Positions 22,155-32,707 of a stretch of 64,000 bases of DNA are shown piece after piece. Numbering within the stretch: the stretch's first letter is position 1; each line of letters opens with the position of its first letter. The translations under genes were made by a program, and so were the position numbers. Origin of the DNA: Candidatus Poribacteria bacterium (GTDB taxonomy: Bacteria; Poribacteria; WGA-4E; PCPOR2b); assembly GCA_965218095.1 (NCBI GenBank), contig OZ244587.1, forward strand, positions 2,816,001 to 2,880,000. Reading direction: 5' to 3'. Below the pieces are notes generated by a model. It made no database searches. It had not been told where the DNA came from and worked only from the letters and a program-made list of their open reading frames with translations.

Positions 22155-23204
22155 TTAGTCTTTATTCAAGCCCAACGAGTTAGCAAGCGCCTCCAGTCTT
22201 TGCCAGAGCGCATCGGTAATTGGAATGCCGTCTCGCTCTCGGACGGCTTGCGCCCGTGCCTCGAGATCGCCCGGGATTAGCACCTCCGCAAAACCAGGCG
22301 CCGGTGGAATTGACCGGATGCGATTTCCTAAATCCTTCATTCGCGTCGAGTAGTCTGTCAAAGACTGAAACAGATCCGCCTTCATGACCATCATGGTGAC
22401 GCCCGAATGGCGGAAAATATGCCCGCCTCGTTTTTCTTCTTCCGAAAAGGCATCCGCTCCGGATAAGATCCGTCCGAAGAACTCCACTGCCAGCATCAAA
22501 GCATAGCCTTTGTGCCCACCAAAAGGCAGAAGCGAGCCACCATCAAGAAAAGCATTTGGATTCGTGGAAGGATTGCCGTCTTTGTCAACGATGCTGCCAG
22601 GTGGAAGTTGTTCGTTTTTGTCTCTGGCAGTGAGGACTTTACTCCCGGCAACTACCGTCGTGGCGTAATCGATGACCATCGGCGGGCCATCACCGACAGG
22701 GAAACCCATGCCAATTGGGTTAGTGCTCAAAACCGGTTGGCGCCCACCGTAGGGAACGGCGACCGGCTTTTCTGCACCAAATCCTCCAGCCCAGATTATT
22801 GATAGCATTCCTCTGGATGCTGCGATTTCGGCGTATTCACCAAGGCGACCAATGTGGTTTACCTGAACAACACTTACGACTGCTAAATTGTGACTTTCAG
22901 CCTTCTCTATTGCGACGTCCATAGCATATTTCGCCGTCACATGTCCAAAAGTCCAGTTGCCTGCTATCAGTGCGCTAGTAGGGGCTTCTTGCAGGATTTC
23001 GGGCCAGGCCGTGGGTACGATTTCACCCGATTGAATCCTCTCGACATAGGTTGGCAAATGAAGGATGCCGTGCGTATCAACACCACGCAGGCTCGATGAA
23101 ACCAGGGCTTCTGCGACGCGGTTAGCATTACGCGCATCAGCTCCAGCGGCTACCAGAACATCGCGGATAAGCTCGTCAAGCTCAGTGGCTGTCTTTATGA
23201 CCAT
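22155..23204 (-). CDS. Ldh_2 family oxidoreductase (malate/L-sulfolactate-type dehydrogenase)
   Basis: GVDTHG, NHIGRLG, STNPI, PFGGHKGY, LIPG. Confidence 0.92.
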   Translation of the reverse strand: MVIKTATELDELIRDVLVAAGADARNANRVAEALVSSSLRGVDTHGILHLPTYVERIQSGEIVPTAWPEILQEAPTSALIAGNWTFGHVTAKYAMDVAIEKAESHNLAVVSVVQVNHIGRLGEYAEIAASRGMLSIIWAGGFGAEKPVAVPYGGRQPVLSTNPIGMGFPVGDGPPMVIDYATTVVAGSKVLTARDKNEQLPPGSIVDKDGNPSTNPNAFLDGGSLLPFGGHKGYALMLAVEFFGRILSGADAFSEEEKRGGHIFRHSGVTMMVMKADLFQSLTDYSTRMKDLGNRIRSIPPAPGFAEVLIPGDLEARAQAVRERDGIPITDALWQRLEALANSLGLNKD

Positions 23205-23689
23205 TATAGTTCCTCCTCAGGTAAATACTGATTGCTAGCAGGATAAGAGTTCGTCTCCAACGTTGCATTATCATAACTATAGCATGTATTCGTGAAGCAA
23301 TCAATGGGAAATAAGATCCACGCATCCCTTCCAGCCTCTACCACTCGCCTTGCAAATGTGCTATATGAGAGAATACCGTGAAAATGATACGAAAGGATAA
23401 CCGATTTCGCGTCGAAGGGCAAGGCATTTGTCTCGATTGGCTGGCCGATACCCGTGCCAATTGCAAGAAACCGGCGAGTGCATAAAAGTCTCGTATGGTT
23501 CGTGTTGTGCCAAGATAATCGTATGCGAGGATAGGTCAGCCTGCAATTGACCTGAAGTCGGCCAAATGCCTTATGATCCTGCTTTCCGTAATGTGCAATC
23601 TCCACGCTCCAGTCAATTTAAGTTGGAAAGCCTTTGCGTTAAAAGAGAAGGCAATCTGTAAAATAAATGATGAAGGGTACTGTAGAGCC

Positions 23690-24190
23690 CCGATGGATCG
23701 GGGCAGGCTCTGCTGCGAGTCTGTGACTCAGATCGATCCCCTTTTTTTCATTTGCCCCCAGTTATAGCTGTTGGGGTGTCTTGCTTACGGATTGCTCTTT
23801 ATCACTTATCAGAAGTCGGGCTATTGATGGGCAAAAGCGTTCAATACCAAGATAAAGACCGATTCGCTGATAACGGTGATAAAGCGCGTTGTATCTCAGG
23901 CGTGGGTTGGCTTCTGTCTTTCTCCCTTTTTCTCGCTACCGATTTGCAGCGGAGATATCGTGTCGGTCAGTTATTCTCAATGTTTCTCACCGATATAGCA
24001 CGTCAAACCCCGTCAACTCACGCTCCTTGAAAAACTGGGGGTAAATGAAGCGCGCTGTGCAACTTGACAGACCCACAACACGGCGACTACTACGGATACG
24101 GACGGTACGACTACAGTAAGTACGGTTATTACGGACGCTATCGGATAGCGACTCCGATTATTACGATTCCGGTGATGAAGAGGATAGGGA
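23690..24190 (+). pseudogene. Heavily eroded remnant of a bacterial tyrosine kinase (CpsD/CapB/Wzc C-terminus)
   Basis: Fragments in different frames in the expected order: LPPVIAV, RQTP, LLEKLGVN, Tyr cluster GDYYGYGRYDYSKYGYYGRY. Confidence 0.4.
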
Positions 24191-24324
24191 CAATAAGGCA
24201 AAAAGGTAGGCAGACAAGGAGACAGCGAAAGGAAAGAGGAGGGGAAGAATGGAGGGAGGGAAATGGGGTCAGAGGTTCAGGAGTTCATAGGTTCATTTAG
24301 GCATTACTCATCACGTTTCACGTG

Positions 24325-25176
24325 TTACGACTGATGTTTCCCTAAACCCGCCGGTGGAATCGCTTTACCGATCACGCCCACAAGCACAATCATCGTGAGT
24401 AAATAGGGAAGACTGTTCAGCAACTGAGACGGGATTTGCCAGCGATTGGCGAGTTCCAAAGCACTTGCAAATCCGAACAGCAGGCATGCAACGCCAGATC
24501 CAAATGGTTTCCACTTCCCAAAAATGACTGCCGCTAAGGCAACGTATCCACGTCCGGCAGTCATTCCTTTTGTGAAGTAATGCGCTTCAGAAGCTAAAAA
24601 ACACCCGCCAGCCGAAGCCAGAATTCCGCTTATCATGACCCCGATATACTGGTGCCTGGATCGACTCAGCCCGAGCGCATCTAATGCTTCTGTTGACTCA
24701 CCCGCTGCACATAAGCGAAGTCCCCACACCGTTTTGAAAAGCAAGATCTGACTCACAATCACGAGGCTGAATGTCAGATATACAATGAACGAATACGATC
24801 CAATTACGGGTAAATCCCAATGGCGCAATCCCTCCACCCGCTGAGAGGTAGCTTGGCGTCCAAGGAACTCCGTAATACCAATCGCCAGCAGGTTGATTGC
24901 CACCCCGCTGACGATCTGATTGGCGCGAAAAGCGATGGACGCAATTGCATGAAACAGCCCCAGTGTACTGCCAAAGCTGATGCCAATGATTAATCCGATC
25001 CATGGGGAAGCAAAGGTATATGTGCCAAACACATAACCATACGCCCCCATAAGCATTATACCTTCGAGCCCAATGTTGACCACGCCAGTCCGCTCCGAGT
25101 AGATACCGCCGAGCGCCGCCAAAGCCAATGGCGTTGACATACGAATTGTTGCTGGGATAAGTTCGAGGATTATCAT
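24325..25176 (-). CDS. ABC transporter permease (nucleoside/sugar CUT2 type)
   Basis: SERTGVVNIGLEG, ANQIVSGVAIN, GRGYVALAAVIFGKW. Confidence 0.92.
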   Translation of the reverse strand: MIILELIPATIRMSTPLALAALGGIYSERTGVVNIGLEGIMLMGAYGYVFGTYTFASPWIGLIIGISFGSTLGLFHAIASIAFRANQIVSGVAINLLAIGITEFLGRQATSQRVEGLRHWDLPVIGSYSFIVYLTFSLVIVSQILLFKTVWGLRLCAAGESTEALDALGLSRSRHQYIGVMISGILASAGGCFLASEAHYFTKGMTAGRGYVALAAVIFGKWKPFGSGVACLLFGFASALELANRWQIPSQLLNSLPYLLTMIVLVGVIGKAIPPAGLGKHQS

Positions 25177-26273
25177 GCCGTTCTTTTACTGAAACCTTCC
25201 GCGCAGATGAGAAGTAAAATGAGGACGCCCTGCATAATCACGAATAGCTCCCTCGGTACATCCATTAAAATTTCAATATCCAACGCCCCCTTGTTCAACG
25301 CGCCAAACAAGATTGAGGCAAAAAGAACACCGGTAGGGTGGTTTCTGCCAAGTAACGCGACAGCAATCCCCGTAAATCCGAAGCCGGGCGAGAAGTTGTC
25401 GAGAAAACGATGACGATAGCCCATCACATCCCATATTCCCGCAAAACCAGCGATTGCGCCACTCAAAGCCATCGTCCAGACAGTCACACGGCGGACATTA
25501 ATTCCCGCATAAGTCGCCACTTCTGCTGCATTGCCAACCAGCCGAATCTCATATCCCCATCTGGTGCGCGTCAGTAAAAAGTGAGTCAATCCAATCAGTC
25601 CGAAGGCAAGCAGCAGGGTAACATTCAAAGGATTACTTGACGGAAGCATCGGCAAGAAAGCGGCGATTCGCGGCAAACGCGCGGCTTCATGAATTGGAGA
25701 GGTTTGCGGAATCATCTGATTCGGCTCTTTATAGACCTGGGTGACAAGGTAATTTGTCAATGCGATTGCGATAAAATTCATCATAATTGTGTTGATAACT
25801 TCATGTACACCGTATCGCGCTTTCAGCATGCCCGGTATAGCTGCCCACAGCGCCCCCGCAAGCATCGCAGAAACGAAACAAGCAGGTATAATTAACCAAG
25901 CGGTTGTCCAATCGATATGGAAACCCACCCATGCTGCGGCAAACCCCGCGACATAGAGCTGTCCCTCACAGCCGATATTGAAAAGTCCGCACTTAAACCC
26001 GATCATGACCGCGAGTCCAGTAAAAATCAAGGGCGTCGCATTAAATAGAACGTAGCCGAAATCATTGAGACTGCCAAATGCACTCCACCAAAAGGTGCGG
26101 TACACTTCAAATGGACGCTCGCCCACGAACCAGATTAAGACACCGCCGAGAAGGAATACAGCGCAAAGCGCAAGCAGATTTGGCAAGAGGTGACGTGAGC
26201 CATGAAATGTAATGCGTGATGCGTAAAAAGCGTAATGCGTGATGCGTAGCGCGTAATTTCCAAACTTCCTCAT
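25173..26273 (-). CDS. ABC transporter permease (nucleoside/sugar CUT2 type); start uncertain
   Basis: GLFNIGCEGQ, EVINTIMMN, GFTGIAVALLGRNHP. Confidence 0.9.
   Translation of the reverse strand: MRKFGNYALRITHYAFYASRITFHGSRHLLPNLLALCAVFLLGGVLIWFVGERPFEVYRTFWWSAFGSLNDFGYVLFNATPLIFTGLAVMIGFKCGLFNIGCEGQLYVAGFAAAWVGFHIDWTTAWLIIPACFVSAMLAGALWAAIPGMLKARYGVHEVINTIMMNFIAIALTNYLVTQVYKEPNQMIPQTSPIHEAARLPRIAAFLPMLPSSNPLNVTLLLAFGLIGLTHFLLTRTRWGYEIRLVGNAAEVATYAGINVRRVTVWTMALSGAIAGFAGIWDVMGYRHRFLDNFSPGFGFTGIAVALLGRNHPTGVLFASILFGALNKGALDIEILMDVPRELFVIMQGVLILLLICAEGFSKRTA
26194..26257. repeat. Degenerate heptamer tandem repeat (GCGTAAT/GCGTGAT/CGTGAAA family)
   Basis: 7-bp periodicity; related short arrays at ~1632, 14845-14865, 18984-19016, 20537-20557, 24301-24322. 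Confidence 0.7.
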
Positions 26274-26481
26274 TTCTGCCTTCCTGCTTCCTCATTTTCC
26301 ATAGCCCTATCGTCTCATAGTCGAACAGATATGTCAATAGAATTCTGAATACTAAAGTGTTTGCAAAAAAATCCCAAATCTGACATAATAATTTCACAAA
26401 TCTCAAGCTGAACTGGAGTATCCTTGAAAAGGTTTCAAACCCTTTCAAGGTTGGATTATTTCATGAAAAGGAGAATCAACC

Positions 26482-27255
26482 ATGAATATTAGAACGAATA
26501 AAATGAAGGGTAAACTCAAGGCCGGCGAGTTGGTGTTTAGCGCAAATGTACGCCTTCCCGAACCAGGTCTTGTCGAAGTGCTGGGCTATGCTGGCGTAGA
26601 TTATGTCCTGATTGACGCTGAACACGGCTCCATCGGTTGGACAGAAATGGAGCGGATGATCCTCGCCGCCTATGCTGCGGACACAACGCCGATTGTTCGT
26701 GTCTATGAGAACAACGAAGCGATGATTATGCGTGTGCTCGACATCGGTGCAATGGGGGTGCTTGTCCCGCACATCCGCAGCGCCGATGATGCCCAGCAGG
26801 TAGTCAACGGTGCGCTCTATCCGCCGCAGGGCAAGCGCGGCGTCGGTCCAAGTCGAGGAATTAAGTTTGGCGCCGTATCAGCGTCAGATTATTATGCAAA
26901 CATCAACAACGAGGTTTCCGTCTCATTGATGATCGAGGATGCCGAAGCGATTGACAATATCAATGAAATCGTGGAAGTCGAAGGTATTGATGTCCTGAAT
27001 GTGGGGACGAGCGATCTTGCGGCTTCGCTGGGGGTGCCAGGACAGCCATTGCATCCAAAAGTTGCCGAGGCGTCTGAGAAGGTGCTTGCTGCCGCAGCGC
27101 GAAAGGGCATCGCTGTCGGATATCCGACACGCAGCATCGAAGATGGCTGCCAAGCGATAAAACGAGGATTCTGCGTGTTGTCTTGTGGTAACGCGGCGCC
27201 GCTACTGTACCAGGCCGTCCGAGAAAATTTGGAGGTATTGCGAAGTGCAAAATAA
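26482..27255 (+). CDS. HpcH/HpaI aldolase family protein
   Basis: IDAEHG, RVLDIGAMGVLVP, YPPQGKRG, MIE, GTSDL. Confidence 0.92.
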   Translation: MNIRTNKMKGKLKAGELVFSANVRLPEPGLVEVLGYAGVDYVLIDAEHGSIGWTEMERMILAAYAADTTPIVRVYENNEAMIMRVLDIGAMGVLVPHIRSADDAQQVVNGALYPPQGKRGVGPSRGIKFGAVSASDYYANINNEVSVSLMIEDAEAIDNINEIVEVEGIDVLNVGTSDLAASLGVPGQPLHPKVAEASEKVLAAAARKGIAVGYPTRSIEDGCQAIKRGFCVLSCGNAAPLLYQAVRENLEVLRSAK

Positions 27256-27472
27256 CTTAACTTCGACTTTCGGAACGAGCCTGAGCTCAGGATATACGGG
27301 AGATCTCAACACTCCCGATTCCGATATTCGGGAGACTCCTACTTGTTATTAAAGTTTGGGCAATTCTTGATAAAACGGAATCTTGTTGGGACGGGATTAT
27401 GCCGCCGAATCTAAAGTGTCTAAAATGTTCTAGAGTTGAAAAACAAGATGCACTTTCTCCCTATCTTCTCTG

Positions 27473-27548
27473 GTCTGAATCACCGATTTTTATCGGAAGG
27501 TTCAATCGGTTCTGAATCTGCGTCGTGTGTTTAATCCGTGATTCAGAC
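27473..27548. repeat. Small inverted-repeat element
   Basis: GTCTGAATCAC ... GTGATTCAGAC, flanked by oppositely oriented CTAAAGTG-like and CACTTTAG-like periodic repeats. Confidence 0.5.
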
Positions 27549-27715
27549 AACAATTATGTCCCTCCCTCATTTATTTTCGGGGATCAATCCCCTTTGTGGG
27601 TTGACTCACTTTAGATCCTTTAGTATACTTTAGTACACTTGTCCAAACTTTAGTAGTGTTTACGGGCATTGACGAAAACTTGTATCACTAACCCTACAGT
27701 GTCATTCTGAATACC

Positions 27716-30700
27716 ATGACATCAAATCTCAATCCAAAGGATCTGATTCTTGCGCCTGAACTCACGACGGATGCGGTTGATCAGATTCTCAAACCGTACG
27801 GTTTTCAAGATCTCCGTCGGGTGGCGCGGAACCTGCAAAATCTTGCAGGCATATCGCCATATCGAGAGGCGTTTGCCGAAATTGTGGGTCATCTCTTGAG
27901 CGCAGCGGCGGACTCGCCGGATGCAGAGGGGACTTTGAACAATTTCGAGCGTTTTGTCGCTACGACGTTTGATCGCATCTGGCTGTATCGTCTGCTGCAT
28001 GATGCGCCTTTCCTCTTGCGAATATTATCAACCTGTTTCGGATCGAGTACCTATCTTTCAGATATTCTGGTGCGCAGCCCGGAGTACTTTTACGAACTCA
28101 TTGATGCTAGTGTGATGAGTACCCCGAAGGATCGCGCGGCGATGTATCGTGAGCTATCTCACTCGGTTCAATTATTTCGTACGGTTGAGCAAAAATTGAA
28201 CGCCCTCCGTCGCTATAAGCGGAAGGAGAGTTTGCGAATCGGTTTGCGCGATCTGCTGGGCGACGCCGGCGTAGAAACAACTACGCGGGAATTAACAAAT
28301 CTCGCTGAGGTTACATTGCAGGTCTGTTATGGAATCGGCATGGCTGAACTCACGGCAAAATTGGGAACGCCGTTAGCAGAACTCCCGAACGGCGACAAGG
28401 TTCCAGGTACGTTCGCTATGATAGGGATGGGCAAATTCGGAGGGTATGAGTTAAATTTTAGCTCGGATATCGATGTGATGTTTGTTTACTCACACGAGGG
28501 GAAAACCAATCAAGGGATCGAGAACAACCAGTATTTCGCCAAACTCTGCGAGTTCATTATCAAAGGGATGAGCGAAGTCACCAAAGCGGGTTATGTTTTC
28601 CGCGTCGATGTTCGTCTCCGCCCGGAAAGCAGCGTGGGAGTCATTGTCCGTTCCATTGATAGCTACGAAGCTTACTATGAAGGTTGGGGCGAGATCTGGG
28701 AGCGACAGGCGTTGATTAAAGCCCGCCCTGTCGCCGGTGATCCGGAATTAGGCGAGCAGTTTATTCGCACTATACAGCCATTCGTCTATCAGCGATACTT
28801 GGACGAATTTTCAATTGCTGAGATCAAGTTGAACATTCGCCAGACGAAGGCACGAATTGAGCGCAGTCTGCGAGAACAGGGAGACGATGTGGGGGCGCAT
28901 GTCAAACTCGGTATCGGCGGTATTCGTGATGTTGAATTTACCATACAATGTCTCCAATTGATTCACGGTGGTCCCATCCCAGCGCTGCGTAATCGCAATT
29001 CGTTGGAAACCATAGAGTTGCTCTGCCAGCATGGAGCGCTGAATCAGACGGATCGGGATGCCCTCGCGGAAGCCTACCGTTTCCTGCGGATGGTTGAACA
29101 CCGAATCCAGATGGAAGCCGATTTGCAACGCTATTCCCTCCCTTCAAAGGAGTTGGCGTTGATTAAACTCGCCAAACGGACCGGTTATCAGGATACAGCA
29201 TCGGCATCCGCTCTCGAGGTGTTTCAGGCGGATTACACGCGACATACATGTGCAGTTCGCTTAATCTTTGAAAAGATCCTTACCACATCCCAATCGGAGA
29301 TCAGGAGTGAGGTTGATATGGCATTACTGCTCACAACAACAGAGCCGGGGGTGATACGCGACGTTCTGAAGCCCTTCGGATTTGCTGATGTGCGTGAAGC
29401 ACACCGACGGTTGAAGCTGATGGCAGAAGGTCCCGATGGTGCGCGTTTTTCCCCGCATGTCCGTCGGCTCTTTGTCGACCTTGCACCAACCCTACTGCGT
29501 TTCTCAGGTGAATCTCCGGACCCGGACATGGCGCTTCGCTACATTGAGGATTTTGCAAGCAAAGTGGGAGCGCGTAGTTCGTACTACACGATGTTTCGTG
29601 AGAAACCATCAATCCTTGAGTTACTGACGAAGCTGTGTGGAACGAGTCGTTTCTTAGCTGAGTTGCTGATTGCGCACCCGGAGTCCTTTGATGTGTTGAC
29701 AGCCCCGGCGGTGATGGACAGACCCAAAACCTTACCCGAGAAATACATGGAAGCACTTCAAGCAACTCTTGATGGCACTGCTGATCAAGTTTTTCAGGCG
29801 TTACGGCAATACAAAAATGGCGAAGTCCTGCGAATCGGCATGCGAAATATCCTGAAGCAAGTTGAACGGAGTGAAATCCCGAAAATCGGGGCAGATCTGT
29901 GGACAACGACGACTGAACTCTCCGAACTTGCAGAGGCGACACTGCGGTCAATGTATTCCCACATCAATGCAGAGTTACAAACCGAACATGGGATTCCGCT
30001 AGACAAGCGTGGAAATGAAGCGAGGTTTGCTGTGATTGGCATGGGAAAATTTGGCGGGCGTGAACTCAATTTCAGCGCGGATCTCGATCTGATGTATGTC
30101 TATTCTGCTGAAGGTGAAACGACCAAAGGAATGTCTAACGCGGACTACTTCAGCAAACTTGGCTTAGAATTGGTCAATCGGATGCAGGGAAATACCGGAG
30201 GTGGAGGAATCTATGAGATCGATCTGCGCCTTCGTCCATTCGGCACCGGCGGAGCGATTGCGCTGTCACTGGCGGGCTACCAGAACTACTATGAAAAGCA
30301 CGCTGAGATATGGGAACGTCAGGCGTCCATCCGCGCAAGTCCTGTTGCAGGAGATGCCGATCTTGGTAAGAGATTTGTTAAGCAAGCGAACACCTTTGCC
30401 TATAGTCAACCGCTGACCCCCGATCAGGTCGCTCAGATCGTGCATAACCGGCAGCGCAAAGAAGCACAGGCAATTCTTGCGACTTCCTCCACCCGTCGCC
30501 GAAAGCGAAGAAAGCGAAGGCTAGATGTGAAATCTGGATACGGTGGACTCGTCGATATTGAATTTGCGGTCCAGACGCTCCAGTTGATCTACGGCACAGA
30601 ACACCGGCGGGTGCGCGTACAGAATACCGTCGAGGCGATTACGCGATTGCATGAAGTAGAGGCATTGACGAAAGATCAGCGGCAGCAGCTTATGGAAGCG

Positions 30701-30916
30701 TATGAATTTCTGAGGCGTGTGGAAAACAGCCTGCGAATCGTTCATGACCGTCTGCTGCACGCCCTGCCGGATAAAGCAGCAGATCTGGAACAACTCGCTA
30801 GGCGGCTTGGCTATACGGATGAGAACAGACAGGCATCAGATCAATTTTTGAAGGACTATCAAGCGTACACGGAAAACACACGGGCGTTGTTTAATCAGTT
30901 GTTGAACACGAAGTAA
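27716..30916 (+). CDS. glnE: Bifunctional glutamine synthetase adenylyltransferase/adenylyl-removing enzyme
   Basis: Two nucleotidyltransferase modules GMGKFGG.ELNFS.D.D, D.RLRP, WERQA, K.G.GG..D.EF. Confidence 0.95.
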   Translation: MTSNLNPKDLILAPELTTDAVDQILKPYGFQDLRRVARNLQNLAGISPYREAFAEIVGHLLSAAADSPDAEGTLNNFERFVATTFDRIWLYRLLHDAPFLLRILSTCFGSSTYLSDILVRSPEYFYELIDASVMSTPKDRAAMYRELSHSVQLFRTVEQKLNALRRYKRKESLRIGLRDLLGDAGVETTTRELTNLAEVTLQVCYGIGMAELTAKLGTPLAELPNGDKVPGTFAMIGMGKFGGYELNFSSDIDVMFVYSHEGKTNQGIENNQYFAKLCEFIIKGMSEVTKAGYVFRVDVRLRPESSVGVIVRSIDSYEAYYEGWGEIWERQALIKARPVAGDPELGEQFIRTIQPFVYQRYLDEFSIAEIKLNIRQTKARIERSLREQGDDVGAHVKLGIGGIRDVEFTIQCLQLIHGGPIPALRNRNSLETIELLCQHGALNQTDRDALAEAYRFLRMVEHRIQMEADLQRYSLPSKELALIKLAKRTGYQDTASASALEVFQADYTRHTCAVRLIFEKILTTSQSEIRSEVDMALLLTTTEPGVIRDVLKPFGFADVREAHRRLKLMAEGPDGARFSPHVRRLFVDLAPTLLRFSGESPDPDMALRYIEDFASKVGARSSYYTMFREKPSILELLTKLCGTSRFLAELLIAHPESFDVLTAPAVMDRPKTLPEKYMEALQATLDGTADQVFQALRQYKNGEVLRIGMRNILKQVERSEIPKIGADLWTTTTELSELAEATLRSMYSHINAELQTEHGIPLDKRGNEARFAVIGMGKFGGRELNFSADLDLMYVYSAEGETTKGMSNADYFSKLGLELVNRMQGNTGGGGIYEIDLRLRPFGTGGAIALSLAGYQNYYEKHAEIWERQASIRASPVAGDADLGKRFVKQANTFAYSQPLTPDQVAQIVHNRQRKEAQAILATSSTRRRKRRKRRLDVKSGYGGLVDIEFAVQTLQLIYGTEHRRVRVQNTVEAITRLHEVEALTKDQRQQLMEAYEFLRRVENSLRIVHDRLLHALPDKAADLEQLARRLGYTDENRQASDQFLKDYQAYTENTRALFNQLLNTK

Positions 30917-30945
30917 CGTATTGTTTCAAAATGTTCTTTAACCTA

Positions 30946-31365
30946 TCAAAGGCATTTGCGAAAAAACACCTCACCAATACCGTCATTAATTCCAGCGATG
31001 AACCCGCATTCTTCAAAACCCACATGCCGATGCCACGCTTGAGGGTCTGGTTCGTCAGCTTGCGATGAACTGTAGAGCGTGTCGTGACCTGTGTTGCGGA
31101 GAAACATCTTGATGAACCGAAGCAATGCTTTACCGACCCCTCGCCGACGATATTCGGGTAAAACTCGGATAAGGGCGATATACGGAACGATTGACCATAA
31201 ATACTCAAGGCGCACATACCCCACCCGTTTGCTATTCCATTCCGCAACCACAACCTCTTGTGACTCAATCTTCCGCTCCACAACTTCAACAGGAATGTAT
31301 CCATCTTGATGTACAAACTCCAGGTCGTTAAGTCTTGCAAAGCGCGTGGCTATCTCACCGGACAT
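30946..31365 (-). CDS. GNAT family N-acetyltransferase
   Basis: V.PEYRRRGVGKALL acetyl-CoA motif, GFEECG. Confidence 0.85.
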   Translation of the reverse strand: MSGEIATRFARLNDLEFVHQDGYIPVEVVERKIESQEVVVAEWNSKRVGYVRLEYLWSIVPYIALIRVLPEYRRRGVGKALLRFIKMFLRNTGHDTLYSSSQADEPDPQAWHRHVGFEECGFIAGINDGIGEVFFRKCL

Positions 31366-31578
31366 TCATATCACTCCTCGTCAATTTGTTTGCAATTTCA
31401 GAAACCAAGTTCTTCAGAAAAACCCGGTTTCTGACTGGCGTGAATACGAGCTTGGAAGTTATACCACAAGGCAGGGGGATTGTCAATTTCGACAACTCAG
31501 AAATGGATTGACTGCACAGGCGGGATAGTGTTACAATGCGAGTGCAATTGATAACCGATAAGGATCGAAGAACATGCC

Positions 31579-32646
31579 ATGACAACAGAAACAACGCGAT
31601 TAAGAACTGGCGAACAACTCGTCATCAAAACCCTGCTCCCGCCGCTCCTTGACTACGCCAGCAAAGTCGGCTGTTGGCGTGATATCCGGGAGGAACTGCT
31701 CGGCGGACAGTTGGCGGAATGGCTTTTTACGCCCTACTTTGTGGGCGAAATTGACGGCGAAGTTGTCGGCAGTTTGAGCTATTACACTCCAACGGATACG
31801 CGGGATGTCGGGGTCGTAGAATTTGTGCAGACTGCCGAAGAGCATAGACAAAAAGGCATTGCATCGGCGCTGATGGAACGGCTCATCGAACGATTCCGAG
31901 CCGACGAGGGGCTGGCGCTCTATCTTTGCACCACCAATCCCATTGCCGGCAGTTTGTACGAGAAACACGGCTTCTGGTATCACGTGGGGGATGGGATGCG
32001 ATATTTGTCGCCCGATGCAGGGGATTTTGACCAGACCTATCTGGCTTTCTGCGGAAAGGCGAAAATTCGAGATGCTGCGTGGGGAGATTTGCCTCGCGCC
32101 TCCGTGCTGTATAATCACCCCGAACCGCGATGGTTCATCAAAGACTATTTCACCCAGAGTTTCCGCGAGACCCGTTTTGAAAGCCACTTCGTGAGACTCA
32201 TGCGACGGATCGAAAACTGGAATGGCGCGTTTGTTGTGCTGGAAAACCCTGAGGGGCGAGTTGTCGGCGCGGCAGTGCTGAAGCGATTTGATACCTTCCA
32301 CGAACAGCATGTCGCCACGCTCAGTTCTCGCGTCTGCCCAAGCTATTTTGAACAAACGCCTGAACTCCTGACCGCCGCGGCGGAAAAAGCGAAACATCTG
32401 TCAATCAATCTGCTACAGATTTACATCGCCGATTGCGATGACGACCAGAAAGAACTGGCGACAGCCGCCGGATTTGCCGAAGAAGCGCGTCTGCGGAATC
32501 GGCTTCGCACTGGGGAGGGGTTGATGGATATGCTGGTCTACACATTGTCGCTGCCTGGCGCTGCACCGCCGCTGCGAAGTGAAGGCGATTATTATGGTAA
32601 CAGAAAACCCTGGCATGCAGAACGGATTGCTGCTTCCCAAAATTGA
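31579..32646 (+). CDS. GNAT family N-acetyltransferase (tandem GNAT folds)
   Basis: HRQKGIASALM, LYEKHGF; second GNAT-like half ending AGFAEEARL. Confidence 0.8.
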   Translation: MTTETTRLRTGEQLVIKTLLPPLLDYASKVGCWRDIREELLGGQLAEWLFTPYFVGEIDGEVVGSLSYYTPTDTRDVGVVEFVQTAEEHRQKGIASALMERLIERFRADEGLALYLCTTNPIAGSLYEKHGFWYHVGDGMRYLSPDAGDFDQTYLAFCGKAKIRDAAWGDLPRASVLYNHPEPRWFIKDYFTQSFRETRFESHFVRLMRRIENWNGAFVVLENPEGRVVGAAVLKRFDTFHEQHVATLSSRVCPSYFEQTPELLTAAAEKAKHLSINLLQIYIADCDDDQKELATAAGFAEEARLRNRLRTGEGLMDMLVYTLSLPGAAPPLRSEGDYYGNRKPWHAERIAASQN

Positions 32647-32707
32647 CAGATGATTCCCCGGCTGCATTAAATCCCACCGGCAAGGTGGAAAACGAATGAC
32701 ACTCCCA

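Noticed and set aside
23204-23605. ORF faintly resembling a LysR substrate-binding fragment
   Set aside because: Only a vague GRLQV/YPRIRLS similarity, no HTH; not supportable
27481-27500. TTATCGGA match outside the array
   Set aside because: Lacks the 6-7 bp spacer geometry; it is part of a different inverted-repeat element
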